64,000 bases of DNA, taken from NCBI GenBank assembly GCA_965649825.1, contig OZ287698.1, forward strand, positions 1,069,949-1,133,948. Reading direction: 5' to 3'. Under the pieces are notes generated by a model. It saw only the letters and a program-made list of their open reading frames with translations. It was not told the origin of the DNA and did not search any database. Made by a program: the position numbers and the translations under genes. Shown piece by piece: positions 63,041 through 64,000 of the stretch; the first letter of the stretch is position 1, and every line of letters begins with the position of its first letter. The DNA is from Penicillus capitatus (lineage: Eukaryota; Plantae; Chlorophyta).

Positions 63041-64000
63041 TATGGAGCATTCATTGCCGTTTAGCGTTCGCGTGTTCGTCTAGTCTCCAACCCTTGCTGT
63101 TCATATAATGGATGCACGTGACCAAGAATGGGCCGAAAACGGCTATGTCGATGACGATTTGCTCCAAGCCTCAGTGGGAATTGTCGGGAATCGAGTAAAA
63201 TACTGGAAAAAACTCGGAGTAGAAAAACACGCGACGACGATGATAGAATGCACTCAAACGATATCACCAAGAACTCGAGATAAATTACAGGGAGAATGCC
63301 CCCTTTTAATACCTTTAATAGTCAAAGGTTCGCTAACCTTTGCCTCCGCCAGTAAAACTGGAATTTGAGAAGGTCTACTGTCCTTACCTTCTCATGACAA
63401 AGAAGCGATATGCCGGGTTGCTCTGGACACGACCTGAAAAGTACGACAAGATGGACACAAAGGGCATCGAATCGGTGAGACGGGACAATTGCTTGCTGGT
63501 ACGAAGAGTGGTCACGACCTCTCTGGAGAAACTCCTCATTCAACGAGACATTGAAGGCGCCGTGAAATATGTCAAGGGGACGATCTCTGATCTGCTGATG
63601 AACCGATTGGATCTCAGCGAACTGGTCGTGTCCAAAGTGAGAGATCTCTTGGCGAGTGGGCAAGGCAACCGTGTGCGTTTAGGGACTGTCGAGAGACGCT
63701 GGAGACTACGAGACCAAGATTGCACACGTCGAGCTGGCAAAGAAGATGCAGAAGCGCGATCCGGCTACCGCACCAGGTGCGTCTGTCCCTCGCCTGCCCA
63801 GGCCGTCGATCGATGCTGCGAAGGGATCGGCGATCGGGTGCCATATGTCATTATCAAGGCTGCCAAGGGCGCAAAGGCGTACGAGAAGGCAGAGGATCCC
63901 ATCTTTGCACTGGAACACAATCTGCCGATCGACTTCCAGCACTACGTCGATCACCATCTGTCGCAGCCGATCGTTCGGATCTTCGAGCCCATTCTGAAGG
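63041..64000 (+). pseudogene. POLD1: Mosaic partial duplicate of POLD1 (runs off the window)
   Basis: 63041-63180 is a diverged, internally deleted copy of 28905-29135. 63343-64000 matches 38082-38739, including two introns, with 4 substitutions. Confidence 0.9.

Noticed and set aside
63181-63250. VGNRVKYWKKLG resembles the N-terminus of a DIRS-type RT
   Set aside because: Too short, with no following RT motifs. The flanks are better explained as POLD1 remnants.

Overview
Compact eukaryotic nuclear DNA with short GT-AG introns (about 45-60 nt) and the standard genetic code. A plastid-type NAR1 gene and a secreted H-type lectin suggest a green alga, but that assignment is inference. Host genes, in order: a coiled-coil protein, NAR1/FNT, two tandem FMOs, H-type lectin, UMP-CMP kinase, DUF4536, RAB3GAP2, DNA polymerase delta (POLD1), a SYLF(-TPR) protein, NPC1, CDK5RAP3, a half amino-acid permease, PRP28/DDX23, FAM91A1, a JmjN/JmjC/C5HC2 demethylase and MRS2. 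Mobile DNA: (1) a decayed Ty3/gypsy element (8963-20872; 157-bp LTRs, 4-bp TSD) containing a LINE (11849-17236; 14-bp TSD), which itself contains a 624-bp solo LTR (12525-13148; 5-bp TSD); (2) an intact full-length LINE (30455-36769; 12-bp TSD) inserted in a coding exon of POLD1. Three observations stand out. First, the gypsy element carries an extra 472-aa ORF upstream of, and in frame with, a hydrophobic Gag; it reads as a signal-peptide-bearing torsin/LAP1-like AAA+ pseudo-ATPase. Second, the essential POLD1 gene is split by a young LINE. Third, a mosaic second POLD1 copy starts at about 63041, with an old diverged 5' end joined to a 99.4%-identical 3' part that lacks the catalytic motifs. 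Several 1-nt frame breaks fall in homopolymers and may be assembly errors. All protein family calls come from reading motifs by eye; no database searches were run.
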